From Alphaproteobacteria bacterium (GTDB lineage: Bacteria > Pseudomonadota > Alphaproteobacteria > GCA-2731375): a stretch of DNA of 64,000 bases. The notes under the pieces were generated by a model. It made no database searches. It saw only the letters and a list, made by a program, of their open reading frames with translations, and was not told the DNA's origin. Position numbers and translations under genes: made by a program. Numbering within the stretch: the first letter of the stretch is position 1; every line of letters begins with the position of its first letter. The stretch is taken from the NCBI GenBank assembly GCA_965225945.1, contig CBDDBZ010000039.1:629458-693457 (forward strand). Direction: 5' to 3'. Below, piece after piece: positions 51,409-61,556 of this stretch.

Positions 51409-53502
51409 ATGCACTTCCGCATCGCCGATACCTTCACCGACAGCCTGGCCAAGCTGACCAACCAGGAGCAGAAGGCGGTGAAGACGACCGCCTTCGACCT
51501 CCAGCTCGACCCCGCCAACCCGGGCATGCGCTTTCACAAGCTGAGCAAGGCCAAGGACCCGAACTTCTGGTCCGTCAGGGCGGGCAGCGACATCCGCCTG
51601 ATCGTCCACAGAAGCGCGGCGAGCCTGCTGCTCTGCTATACGGACCATCACGACAAGGCTTATGCCTGGGCCGAGCGGCGCAGGATCGAGCGCCATCCCA
51701 AGACCGGCGCGGCGCAATTGGTCGAAGTGCGCGAGACGGTCGAGGAGATCACCGTCCCACGGCCGGTCGAGGCGGTGGCGGACGTGCCGGCCGAGCCCTA
51801 CCGGCCGCCCTTGTTCTCGACCCTTTCGGATGACTCGCTGCTCGGCGTCGGCGTGCCCGAGGATTGGCTGGCGGATGTCCGGAACGCCTCCGAGGACAAC
51901 TTCTTCGATCTCGCCGACCATCTGCCCGGGGAGGCGGTGGAGGCGCTGCTCGACTACGTCTCGACGGGCACGCTGACATCGACCGAGGCGCTCACCGCCG
52001 AGATCGATCCCTTCGCCCATCCCGATGCGGCCCGTCGCTTCCGCCTGCTCGACAACGTCGAGGAGTTGGAGCGGGCGCTCGATTACCCTTGGGAGAAGTG
52101 GACGATCTTCCTCCACCCGGCGCAGCGAGAATTCGTCGCGCGGGACTACGCCGGCCCGGCCCGGATCTCCGGCTCCGCCGGCACCGGCAAGACGGTCGTG
52201 GCGCTGCATCGGGCGGTGTTGCTGGCACGCCTCCATCCCGAGGCCAGGGTCCTGCTCACCACCTTCTCCAAGACCTTGGCGAATGCGTTGAAGACGAAGC
52301 TGGCGCGCATGGTCGGCAATGAGCCCGGCGTCCATGACCGCGTTGCGGTGCATCCCATCACCGGCATCGGCCACGAGTTGTACGGGCAAGCCTTCGGCCA
52401 ACCCGACCTGGCCTCGCCCGCATTGATCCGATCGCTCCTGCAAGAAGCGTCCGAGGGCCTGGAGGGCAACCGTTTCAGCACGCGCTTCCTGCTCGGCGAG
52501 TGGGAGGACGTGGTCGACGCCTGGCAGTTGAGGACCTGGGAGGATTACCGCGACGTCGCCCGGCTCGGCCGCAAGACCCGGATCGGCGGCAAGCAGCGCG
52601 AGGCGCTTTGGGCGGTCTTCGAACGCGTTCGCGCCGGGCTGGACCGGCGCAAGGCGGTTACCTGGGCCGACCTCTTCGCACGGATCTCGGAGCACCTGAG
52701 CGTCCAGGGCATTCGCCCCTTCGATTTCGCGGTCGTGGACGAGGCGCAGGATGTCGGGGTCGCCGAGTTGCGCTTTCTGGCGGCGCTCGCGACGGCGCGA
52801 GCCGACAGCCTGTTCTTCGCCGGCGACCTGGGCCAACGGATCTTCCAGCAGCCGTTCTCGTGGAAAACGCTCGGCGTCGATGTGCGCGGGCGCTCCCACA
52901 CGCTCAGGATCAACTACCGAACCTCGCACCAAATCAGGAGCCGGGCGGACCGACTGTTGCCCGGCGCCATTACCGATGTCGACGGCAACGTGGAGAGCCG
53001 GCGGGGCGCGGTCTCGGTCTTCAACGGCCCCGCCCCGCTGATCCGGGTATTCGACGACGAGGCCGTTGAAACGGCGGGCGTCGGCACCTGGCTGGCCGAG
53101 CTGATCGAGGACGGCCTCGCGCCCCACGAAATCGGTGTATTCGTCCGCTCGAAGAGCCAGATGAAGCGGGCCAGGGCCGCGACGAAGGCTGCTGGCGTCC
53201 CCTTCGTCGAGCTGTCGGAAAAGGTCGAGACCAAGCCGGAGCACGTCTCGCTCGCCACCATGCACCTGGCCAAGGGTTTAGAGTTGCGCCGCCGCGCTCG
53301 CGCTGTTGCCGTCATGGCCTGCGACGACGAGGTGGTGCCACTACAGGAACGTATCGAGTCCGTCACCGACGACTCCGACCTCGAAGAGGTCTACGATACC
53401 GAGCGCCACCTGCTCTACGTCGCCTGCACGCGGGCCCGCGACCACCTGCTCGTCACCGGCGTCGACCCCGCCTCGGAATTCCTCGACGATATGGTCGAAT
53501 AA
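51409..53502 (+). CDS. SF1 UvrD-like helicase with N-terminal RelE/ParE-like domain
   Basis: GSAGTGKT, DEAQD, GD.GQRIF, NYRT, KGLE, LYVACTRAR; N-terminal FTDSL...PGMRFHKL..FWSVR...RLI. Confidence 0.88.
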   Translation: MHFRIADTFTDSLAKLTNQEQKAVKTTAFDLQLDPANPGMRFHKLSKAKDPNFWSVRAGSDIRLIVHRSAASLLLCYTDHHDKAYAWAERRRIERHPKTGAAQLVEVRETVEEITVPRPVEAVADVPAEPYRPPLFSTLSDDSLLGVGVPEDWLADVRNASEDNFFDLADHLPGEAVEALLDYVSTGTLTSTEALTAEIDPFAHPDAARRFRLLDNVEELERALDYPWEKWTIFLHPAQREFVARDYAGPARISGSAGTGKTVVALHRAVLLARLHPEARVLLTTFSKTLANALKTKLARMVGNEPGVHDRVAVHPITGIGHELYGQAFGQPDLASPALIRSLLQEASEGLEGNRFSTRFLLGEWEDVVDAWQLRTWEDYRDVARLGRKTRIGGKQREALWAVFERVRAGLDRRKAVTWADLFARISEHLSVQGIRPFDFAVVDEAQDVGVAELRFLAALATARADSLFFAGDLGQRIFQQPFSWKTLGVDVRGRSHTLRINYRTSHQIRSRADRLLPGAITDVDGNVESRRGAVSVFNGPAPLIRVFDDEAVETAGVGTWLAELIEDGLAPHEIGVFVRSKSQMKRARAATKAAGVPFVELSEKVETKPEHVSLATMHLAKGLELRRRARAVAVMACDDEVVPLQERIESVTDDSDLEEVYDTERHLLYVACTRARDHLLVTGVDPASEFLDDMVE

Positions 53503-53830
53503 CGGATCTCCGGCACGCCGGCCCGCGAGGTCTGCACCGTCGATCGGGCGTGCAACCGGTATTGCCGCGCTTTGCCTCATGTGTCCGATTGACGCTCACG
53601 CTCACGCTCGATGCGTTCATAGGCATCGTTGATGCGCGCCATCTGAGTATTCGCGAGATCATTGAATTCCGCCGACAAGCCGAGAGCTTGAATGACGTCG
53701 GGATGATAATTCTTCGCCCTGAGGTGATAGATCTCTTGAATCTCGTCGTTGGACGCCTGGGTATGAACACCAAGTATTTCATACGGATCTCTAACACGAC
53801 CGTCGTCCACGTATTGGTTCAACTGAGTAA

Positions 53831-55004
53831 TACCAACTGACGCTGACGGAGACTCACATTTGGGATTTCCCTGACGGTTGATTTCTGACTCAATTCTGGT
53901 GATTCGGGATTGAGGAGGAGATTGACGATGGGCGCGGCGATCAAGCTTCGGGAGGACTATGACGCGGACGAACTTCGTCGACTTGCGCGGCTTTCGAAAG
54001 ACGCGGATCAGAGCCGTCGTCTGTTGTCGCTGGCGGTGATCCATGATGGCGGTCGTCGGCGGGATGCGGCGCGGACCGGCGGCGTCGGCCTTCAGGTGAT
54101 CCGGGACTGGGTGTTGCGCTTCAATGCGACGGGCCCGGATGGCCTGATCGATCGCAAGGCCCCCGGGGCGACGTCGAAACTCGACGATGCACAACGCGAG
54201 GCACTGGCGGCGCGCGTCGATGCCGGACCGGATCCGGTGACGGACGGCGTGGTGCGCTGGCGTCTGGAGGATTTGGCGCGCTGGATCCAGGACGAGTTCC
54301 AGATCTCGCTCGGCGAGAGGACGGTGAGCCGCGAGTTGAAGGCGATGGGCTTCACCAAGCTGACGGCGCGCCCGCGCCACCATGCCCAGGAGGCGGGCGT
54401 CATCGACGACTTCAAAAAAAATTCCCCGAGCTGGTCTCGCAAGTCCGCGAAAGCCTGCCCGACGGCGCGGACATAGAAATCTGGTGGCAGGACGAGGCCC
54501 GCGTCGGCCAGAAGAACAAGATCACCCGGCGCTGGGCCCGACGCGGCAGCCGTCCCCGCGCGCCGCATGACCAGCGCACCAAGTCGGCCTACATCTTCGG
54601 CGCCATCTGTCCCGAACGTGGAACCGGCGCAGCCCTCGTGCTCCCGCGCTGCAACACCGAGGCCATGCAGCGCCATCTGGAGGAAATCTCCTCCCAGGTC
54701 CACACCAGCGCTCATGCCCTCCTGCTTCTCGATCAGGCCGGGTGGCACATCACCGACGATCTGACCATTCCAGACAACATCACCCTCGTCCCGATACCGC
54801 CACGCTCACCGGAACTCAATCCGGTCGAAAACATCTGGCAATACATGCGAGACAACTGGCTCTCCAACATCGTATTCCAATCCGAGGAAGAGATCGTCGA
54901 CTGCTGCTGCGAAGCCTGGAACAAACTCATCAATAAACCGGGCAAAATCAAATCCATCGGCAAGCGTCAATGGGCCCATGGGTTTTGATCAATGTCGGTT
55001 GGTA
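53831..55004 (+). mobile_element. IS630-family element, ~1.17 kb
   Basis: IRs TACCAACTGACGCTGA and TACCAACCGACATTGA; flanked by TAA on both sides (can also be parsed as a TA duplication). Confidence 0.9.
53928..54988 (+). CDS. IS630 transposase in two frames joined by a probable -1 frameshift
   Basis: HTH ORF 53928-54476; DDE ORF (QDEAR, DQAGWH, SPELNPVE) in the -1 frame; A8 run at 54414-54421. Confidence 0.88.
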
Positions 55005-55398
55005 TAACATGCACTATCGACAATTTGTTCAAGTTGAGGACGAGACCCTCCGTCGTCTCGAGCGGAAGGAAACCTCGATCGTCATTCAAAAGATCGGACA
55101 TCCTCTGATCGTGACGAACAAACATCGATCCCAGAAATTGCTTTCCGTTTTGGATCTCGACTTGCACATCAATCTTGAACTTATCCGTTCGTTGTGAGAC
55201 GCCAAACATCGTATTCTCCCTGTCTGTTGTTGCGATCGCGAGCTTGAAGGCAAATCCGGAGTTTTGTGCCCTGACCAGCTTTTCTTGCTCTGTCGCGCCA
55301 TGAGCGAGGATGCCGCGACGCTCTCGGTATTTTCAACTCGGCCTCGGCCCGCGACAGCTTCGCCGACAACCTCCTGGTCGAGGGCCGAGACGACGTGC

Positions 55399-56094
55399 TC
55401 AGCCGGCGCTCGACCAGGTGACGCCGTTCAGCACCAGCCGCTGAAATTCAGACGTCCGGAAGCTCCGGGCGTCGTGGCCGAGCAGCAGGACGAAGACCCG
55501 GCCCCGGCCATGCATGCGGGTCCAGCCGAGCGGGAAGGTCCCGGCCGGCATGTGGGTGGCCACGCGGTCCGGGCCCCAGGGATGGGTGCCTTCGTCCGCG
55601 TCGGCGGTGAGGAAGACCGCGTTGGCGTCGTCGTGGGCGAGGCCCATGTAAAGCTCGTCCTCGGTCTCGAAATCGCCGATTCCGCGGACCACCTCATGGC
55701 CGGGATTGCCGATGTGGACGGCGAAGCCGCCATAGGGTGGGTGGAAGCTGGTGCCGGTGATCCAGCCGCCGCCGGTGATCTCGTGGAAGCCGTGCCACTC
55801 CGCCGGCCGACAGGTGGAGATGTGGAGGCAGACGAAGCCCTTGCCGCCCTGGACGAAGCGGCTCATGCCCTCTCGCTCCGCCCCGGTGAGGGCGAGATCG
55901 CCAAATTCGGGCAGGTTCTCGCGCCGCGTGTTGAAGACGAGGGCGTCGAAGGCGGCCAGCTCACCCGCCCGCGCCAAAATCGAGGCATCCTCGGTGGCGG
56001 TCACCTCGTGGCCGGCCTGGTCGAGGAAATCGACCAGGATCGGCGTCGTCTCGGCGTAAGGATGACGACCGCCGGAGAGCAAAAGAAGCTTCAT
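55399..56094 (-). CDS. ThuA-like domain protein
   Basis: LSGGRHPY, GKGFVCLH, HPP, DELY, GRGRVF..LGHD. Confidence 0.85.
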   Translation of the reverse strand: MKLLLLSGGRHPYAETTPILVDFLDQAGHEVTATEDASILARAGELAAFDALVFNTRRENLPEFGDLALTGAEREGMSRFVQGGKGFVCLHISTCRPAEWHGFHEITGGGWITGTSFHPPYGGFAVHIGNPGHEVVRGIGDFETEDELYMGLAHDDANAVFLTADADEGTHPWGPDRVATHMPAGTFPLGWTRMHGRGRVFVLLLGHDARSFRTSEFQRLVLNGVTWSSAG

Positions 56095-56201
56095 TGAATA
56101 GGCCCTCGCGAGCTGATTTGCCGCCCGAGGATACGATGTGCGTTGCCATCACGCCATTGCCCATGGAACTATCCCGCCCGAAACCGATTCTGGAGGCGGC
56201 G

Positions 56202-57296
56202 ATGGACGTCGGCATGATGATGATCTTCTCCAGCTACGGCTGGGAAAAAATCGAGGATGAGCAGGTCTGGGAGGAGGAACTGGGCCTGGCCCGCATGGCG
56301 GCGGATTGCGGTTTCGACGTGCTGTGGTCGGCGGAGCATCACTTCAACGACTATTCCTTCTGCCCCGACAACATCCAGCTGATGAGCTATCTGGCGGCGG
56401 CCTGTCCCGATATCGATCTCGGCACGGCGGCGGTGATCCTGCCGTGGCACGACCCGCTCCGGGTGGCGGAAGGGGCCATTGTGCTCGACCTCTTGTGCAA
56501 GGGGCGACTCAGGCTGGGGCTCGGGCGCGGGCTGGCGCGGCGCGAATTCGCCGCCTTCCGGGGCGACATGAACGAATCCCGCGCCCGCTTCGACGAGGCC
56601 TCGGCGATGATCGTCGAGGCGCTCCGCACCGGCTTCGTCGAGGGCGACGGTCCACACTACCCGCAGCCCCGGATCGAGCTCCGCCCGCGCCCGAAGCGGA
56701 GCTTCGAGGGCCGCATCTACGCCGTCGCCTCCAGCGAGGAATCGGTCGCCTCGGCGGCCCGCCTCGGTGCCCGCATGGTGATGTTCTCCGACCGACCCTG
56801 GCCGCTGCGCTTGCCGGCGATTGAGCGCAACCGCGAGCTCCACCGCGAATTCCACGGCCGCGAGGCGCCGGTGATGCTGATCACCGACTTCTGCGTCTGC
56901 GGCCCCGACCTGGCGCAAACCGAGGCGGAAGCCCGGCGATACATGGGCAAGTTCGTCGAGAGCAACTTCCACCACTACGAATTCCTGGGCGAGCACTTCG
57001 GCAAGGTGAAGGGCTACGACGCTTACGCCCAGAAGGCCAAGATCGCCAAGGAGTCCGGCCTCGACGGCGCCACGGAGGGCTTCATGCAGGCGGCGATCTG
57101 GGGCACGCCCGACCATATCCTCCGCGCGCTCGAGGCCCGGCGCGATCTGATCGGCGAATTCGAGCTGAACGTCTCCTTCCGCTTCGGCGGCACGCCCCTC
57201 GAGGTCTCCAAGCGCGGCCTCCAGCTCTTCGCCGAGGAGGTCCTGCCGGTGCTGAAGAGCTGGGCTGCGCCCGAGGCGGCCCAGGTGGCCGAATAG
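56202..57296 (+). CDS. LLM-class flavin-dependent oxidoreductase
   Basis: WSAEHHF, LPWHDPLRVAE, LGLGRG, LFAEEVLP; GGAGG RBS. Confidence 0.92.
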   Translation: MDVGMMMIFSSYGWEKIEDEQVWEEELGLARMAADCGFDVLWSAEHHFNDYSFCPDNIQLMSYLAAACPDIDLGTAAVILPWHDPLRVAEGAIVLDLLCKGRLRLGLGRGLARREFAAFRGDMNESRARFDEASAMIVEALRTGFVEGDGPHYPQPRIELRPRPKRSFEGRIYAVASSEESVASAARLGARMVMFSDRPWPLRLPAIERNRELHREFHGREAPVMLITDFCVCGPDLAQTEAEARRYMGKFVESNFHHYEFLGEHFGKVKGYDAYAQKAKIAKESGLDGATEGFMQAAIWGTPDHILRALEARRDLIGEFELNVSFRFGGTPLEVSKRGLQLFAEEVLPVLKSWAAPEAAQVAE

Positions 57297-57313
57297 TGCC
57301 CGGGCAGGGAGCG

Positions 57314-58468
57314 GTGACCGGTTTCGCCTTCACCGAGGAACAGGACGCCTTCCGCCGCGTGCTCAGGCGCTTCATGGCGGACAAGTCGCCACCGAGCGAG
57401 GTCCGCCGCCTGATGGCGGACGAGGCCGGCTGGGACCCCGAGGTCTGGCGCCAAATAAGCGAGGAATTAGGCCTCGCCTCGGTCCATATCCCGGAGCAAT
57501 ACGGCGGCCAGGGCTTCGGCTACGCGGAGCTCGCCATCACGCTCGAGGAGATGGGCCGCGCGCTGCTTTGCGCGCCCTATTTCTCGACCGTGGCGCTGGC
57601 CGCGACGGCGATCCTGAACGCCGGGACCGAGGCGCAGAAGCGGGCCCTATTGCCGGCAATCGCGGCGGGCGAGACCACCGCCACGCTCGCTTTCACGGAG
57701 GAGAACGGGCGCTGGGACGCGGGCGGGGTCGAGACCGTCGCGCGGCCCCAGGGCAACGGCTATCGCCTCGACGGCACCAAGAGCTTCGTCGTCGACGGAT
57801 CGAGTGCCGATCTGGTGGTGGTGCTGGCGCGCCTCGAGGGCAGCGAGCGCGAGGACGGCCTCTCTTTCTTCACCGTGGCGGGGTCGGCGGAGGGGCTGGC
57901 GCGCGCCTCGCTCGAAACCCTGGATCCGACGCGCAAGCTCGCGCGGCTCGAATTCCGCGATGTGACCGCCGAGCCGCTGGGCGAGCTCGGGGGCGCGGCC
58001 GGGCCTTTCGCCAAGACGATGGCTCAGGCGGCCATGCTGCTCGCCAACGAGATGGTCGGCGGCGCCGAGCGGCTCAGGGAATCCGCCGTCGATTATGCCA
58101 ACATGCGGGTTCAGTTCGGCCGCCAGATCGGCTCCTTCCAGTCGCTGAAGCACACCTCCGCCGACATGCTGCTGGAGGTCGAGCTGGCGAAGTCCGCCGC
58201 CTATTACGCGGCGGTGGCCGCGGCCGAAGACGATCCGGCGCTGCCCGCGCTCGCCTCGCTGGCCAAGGCTTCGGCCACCGAGGCCTATCTACAAACGGCG
58301 ATCCACACCATCCAAATCCATGGCGGCATCGGCTTCACCTGGGACAACGACACCCATCTCTGGTTCAAGCGGGCGAAGAGTTCCGAGGCCTTCCTGGGCG
58401 ACGCCGGCTATCACCGCCGGGCGATGATGGACCACTGGCACCTGATGGATGAGGGAGCGGCGACATGA
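57314..58468 (+). CDS. Acyl-CoA dehydrogenase family protein
   Basis: PEQYGGQG, EEMGR, RVQFGRQIGSFQ, QIHGGIGFTW; alternative start at 57296. Confidence 0.92.
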   Translation: MTGFAFTEEQDAFRRVLRRFMADKSPPSEVRRLMADEAGWDPEVWRQISEELGLASVHIPEQYGGQGFGYAELAITLEEMGRALLCAPYFSTVALAATAILNAGTEAQKRALLPAIAAGETTATLAFTEENGRWDAGGVETVARPQGNGYRLDGTKSFVVDGSSADLVVVLARLEGSEREDGLSFFTVAGSAEGLARASLETLDPTRKLARLEFRDVTAEPLGELGGAAGPFAKTMAQAAMLLANEMVGGAERLRESAVDYANMRVQFGRQIGSFQSLKHTSADMLLEVELAKSAAYYAAVAAAEDDPALPALASLAKASATEAYLQTAIHTIQIHGGIGFTWDNDTHLWFKRAKSSEAFLGDAGYHRRAMMDHWHLMDEGAAT

Positions 58469-59721
58469 CCATGGCCACCGAAGCCTCGGTCCGGGCCGAG
58501 GCGCGGGCCTGGCTCGAGGCCAATTGGGATCCGGACCTGAGCCTCGTCGCCTGGCGCGAGAAGCTCGCCGAATCGGGCTGGGGCACCCCCGCCTGGCCCG
58601 AGGCGTGGCATGGCCGCGGCCTTCCCGTGGTCCTGGTCCCGGTGGTGGAGGAGGAGTTCGAGCGCTTGGGCGCCCTCGGCGTCGCCCGCGTCGGCATCCG
58701 CATGCTCGCCGCCGCGACCTTGCTGGAACACGGCAGCGCCCTGCACAAGGAGAAATTCCTGCGCCGCATCCTGACCGGCGAGGACACCTGGTGTCAGCTC
58801 TTCAGCGAGCCCGGTAGCGGCTCCGACCTGGCCGGCGCCACCACGCGGGCCGACCTCCGCGACGGCAGGTGGATCGTCAACGGCCAGAAGGTCTGGACCA
58901 GCGGCGCGCACCACGCGCAATACGGCCTGCTGCTGGCGCGGACCGACTGGGAGCTGCCGAAACACCAGGGGCTCAGCTACTTCGTCCTCGACATCGAGCA
59001 GCCGGGCGTCGAGGTCCATCCCTTGCGCCAGATGAACGGCCATGCCTCGTTCAACCAGGTCTTCTTCACCGACGCCGAGATCTCGCCTGAGTTCATGGTC
59101 GGCGAACTCGGCGAGGGCTGGAAGATCGCCACCACCACCCTGATGCACGAGCGCCGCAACGCCGATGCGTTGCGTTCCTGGGCGAGAGCCTCCGACGGCG
59201 AGGGCCGGATTTACGACGAGGAGCGGGCCGAGGTCGCCACGGTGATGGAGACCTACAAGTGGTATCCGCAACGCGCCGGCCGCGTCGACCTGGTGCTCGA
59301 GCGGGCGCGGGAGTGCGGCAAGCTCGACGATCCGCTGGTGCGCGAGGAGATCGCCAAGCTGCTGGTTCTCGCCAAGTCGGCCGAATGGACGGCGCGCCGG
59401 GCCCGCGCCGCGCAGGAGCAGGGCCGCCCGCAGGGGCCCGAGGGCTCGCTCGGCAAGCTCGCCTCCAGCCACGTCGCCCGGGCGGCGGCGCGGGTCCACA
59501 CCGCGATCAGCGGCGCCGAGGCGATGCTGGCCGGCGGCGACGGGCCGAAGGACGGGCTGATCGCGGAGATCCTGCTCTCGGTGCCCGCGACCTCGATCGC
59601 CGGCGGCACGGACGAGATTCAGCGCAACATCATCTCCGAGCGGGTTCTGGGGATGCCCAAGGAGCCGCGCGTCGACACTGACCGCCCGTTCCGCGAGGTG
59701 GCGCGGAACACGGTGGACTGA
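58465..59721 (+). CDS. Acyl-CoA dehydrogenase family protein
   Basis: WCQLFSEPGSGSDLA, NGQKVWTSGA, SIAGGTDEIQRNII; ATGA overlap. Confidence 0.93.
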   Translation: MTMATEASVRAEARAWLEANWDPDLSLVAWREKLAESGWGTPAWPEAWHGRGLPVVLVPVVEEEFERLGALGVARVGIRMLAAATLLEHGSALHKEKFLRRILTGEDTWCQLFSEPGSGSDLAGATTRADLRDGRWIVNGQKVWTSGAHHAQYGLLLARTDWELPKHQGLSYFVLDIEQPGVEVHPLRQMNGHASFNQVFFTDAEISPEFMVGELGEGWKIATTTLMHERRNADALRSWARASDGEGRIYDEERAEVATVMETYKWYPQRAGRVDLVLERARECGKLDDPLVREEIAKLLVLAKSAEWTARRARAAQEQGRPQGPEGSLGKLASSHVARAAARVHTAISGAEAMLAGGDGPKDGLIAEILLSVPATSIAGGTDEIQRNIISERVLGMPKEPRVDTDRPFREVARNTVD

Positions 59722-59780
59722 GCGGTCTCGCGGGCGAGGCGGCGATGTCGCGAGTCGGGGATATACTCTCCGTGGCGCTA

Positions 59781-60500
59781 GTGTTCCGATCCTAACAAAA
59801 GTTTCCCAAAGGGCTTGCGTTCTGCGATTCTGGGGGAATGACGAAGACATTGGCATGCATCTGGCTGTCTCCCGCGGAGCGGGTGACGCTGGAAGGGTTG
59901 GTTTCTGGGCGGAACACGCCGCAGAAGCTGGTTTGGCGGGCACGGATAGTGTTGCTGTCGGCTGACGGGATCGGCACGATGACGATCGTCCGGTTGGTCG
60001 GCAAAAGTAAGGTGACGGTGTGGCGCTGGCAGGAGCGCTACCTTGCCAAAGGCATCGCCGGACTGCGCCGCGATGCGACGCGACCGGGACGCAAGCCGCC
60101 GCTGAGCGCCGAGGTGATCGAGCGGGTTGTGCATAAGACCTTGCACGAGACGCCGGAGGCGGCGACGCATTGGAGCATCCGCAAGATGGCCCGTGCCGTC
60201 GGCCTCAGCTACACCAGCGTGCAGCGGATCTGGAAGGCGCACGGCCTCAAGCCGCACCTGGTGAAGACCTTCAAGCTGTCGAATGACGAGCACTTCGTCG
60301 AGAAGGTGCGCGATATCGTCGGTCTCTATCTCGATCCGCCGGACAAGGCGCTGGTTCTCTCGGTCGACGAGAAGAGCCAGATCCAGGCGCTCGACCGCAC
60401 ACAGCCCGGCTTGCCGATCAAGAAGGGCCGAGCCGGCACCATGACGCATGACTACAAGCGCCACGGCACGACGACATTGTTCGCCGCGCTCGACGTCGCC
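59781..60500 (+). mobile_element. Truncated IS630-family element (left end and 5' part of the transposase)
   Basis: Preceded by TA; ORF from 59838 with HTHs, [12 protein letters not shown] and [18 protein letters not shown], after which similarity stops before the remaining catalytic residues. Confidence 0.85.
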
Positions 60501-60827
60501 TGTCGTTCCTCAAAACCTATTCCGCGGCGCGGGCGGGTCCGAGACGAACGACCCGGGCGACAGTGTCGGTCGTTGGACCCGGCGGAAAGATTGCAACGGT
60601 CGCATCGACCGATATGCACAAGCGTGTCAATCGGCGTTGAACATTGACCCCCTATCGGCGTGCAATGTTGACCGCTTTGGGGATGCACGGCGGAGGTCGT
60701 ACAGGTAGTCCATAGGAGGGGCCCGCGCGCGGGCCGACGCGCCCACCACGCGGCTGGCGGCGGACCGCGCGTGGGAGGTTCCTGTGGGCCCACCTGGGCG
60801 ACCGGGCGGCAGGTGGATCGGTTGCCT

Positions 60828-61556
60828 TTAGGACCGATTCTTGAAGCGCCAGGAGTCGTTTCCGGTCTCGATGATCTCGCAGTGGTGCGTCAGACGATCG
60901 AGGAGCGCGGTGGTCATCTTGGCGTCGCCGAAGACGGACGGCCATTCGCCGAAGGTCAGGTTGGTGGTGACGATGATCGAGGTGCGCTCGTAGAGCCGGC
61001 TGACGAGGTGGAACAGCAGCTGGCCTCCGGTTTGGGCGAAGGGCAGGTAGCCGAGCTCGTCGAGGATGACGAGGTCGCGCCGGGCCAGCTGATCGGCGAG
61101 CCGGCCCTGGCGGCCGGCGCGGGCTTCGGCCTCGAGCCGGTTGACCAGGTCGACGACGTTGAAGAAGCGGCCCCGGGCGCCATCGCGGATGCAGGCCCGC
61201 GCGATGGCGACGGCGAGATGGCTCTTGCCGGTGCCGGTGCCGCCGATCAGCACGGCGTTGCGCTGGTTGGCCAGGAAGCCGCCGACCGCCAACTCGCGGA
61301 CCAGCGGCTCGTTGACCGGGGTGTCGGTGAAGTCGAAGTCGGCCAGCTCCTTGGCCAGCGGCAGCTTGGCGCCACTCATCTGGTACTTGATGGATCGCGC
61401 CTGCTTGTCGGCGATCTCGGCCTTCAACAGCTCGCCGATGATTCGCTGCATCGGATGCTGGCGCTTGAGGCCGTCGGCGAGCACCTCGTCGAACGCGTCG
61501 CGCATGCCGGCGAGCTTGAGTGCGGCCATCATCTCCAGGACCTCATGGCGCTCCAT
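60828..61556 (-). CDS. istB: IS21 helper ATPase IstB
   Basis: [23 protein letters not shown]. Confidence 0.96.
   Translation of the reverse strand: MERHEVLEMMAALKLAGMRDAFDEVLADGLKRQHPMQRIIGELLKAEIADKQARSIKYQMSGAKLPLAKELADFDFTDTPVNEPLVRELAVGGFLANQRNAVLIGGTGTGKSHLAVAIARACIRDGARGRFFNVVDLVNRLEAEARAGRQGRLADQLARRDLVILDELGYLPFAQTGGQLLFHLVSRLYERTSIIVTTNLTFGEWPSVFGDAKMTTALLDRLTHHCEIIETGNDSWRFKNRS

Larger units (their letters stand above)
53577..55209 (-). pseudogene. Small J-domain (DnaJ-like) protein with unknown N-terminal domain, split by IS630
   Basis: N-part MFGVSQR..RMSDLLNDDRGFLPL joins in frame to DPYEILGV..YHPD..ARINDAYE once the IS is removed. Confidence 0.82.

Noticed and set aside
53833-54383. 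Long N-terminal extension of the J-domain ORF (53577-54383)
   Set aside because: The extension is the antisense strand of the IS630; the true N terminus lies at about 55008-55209
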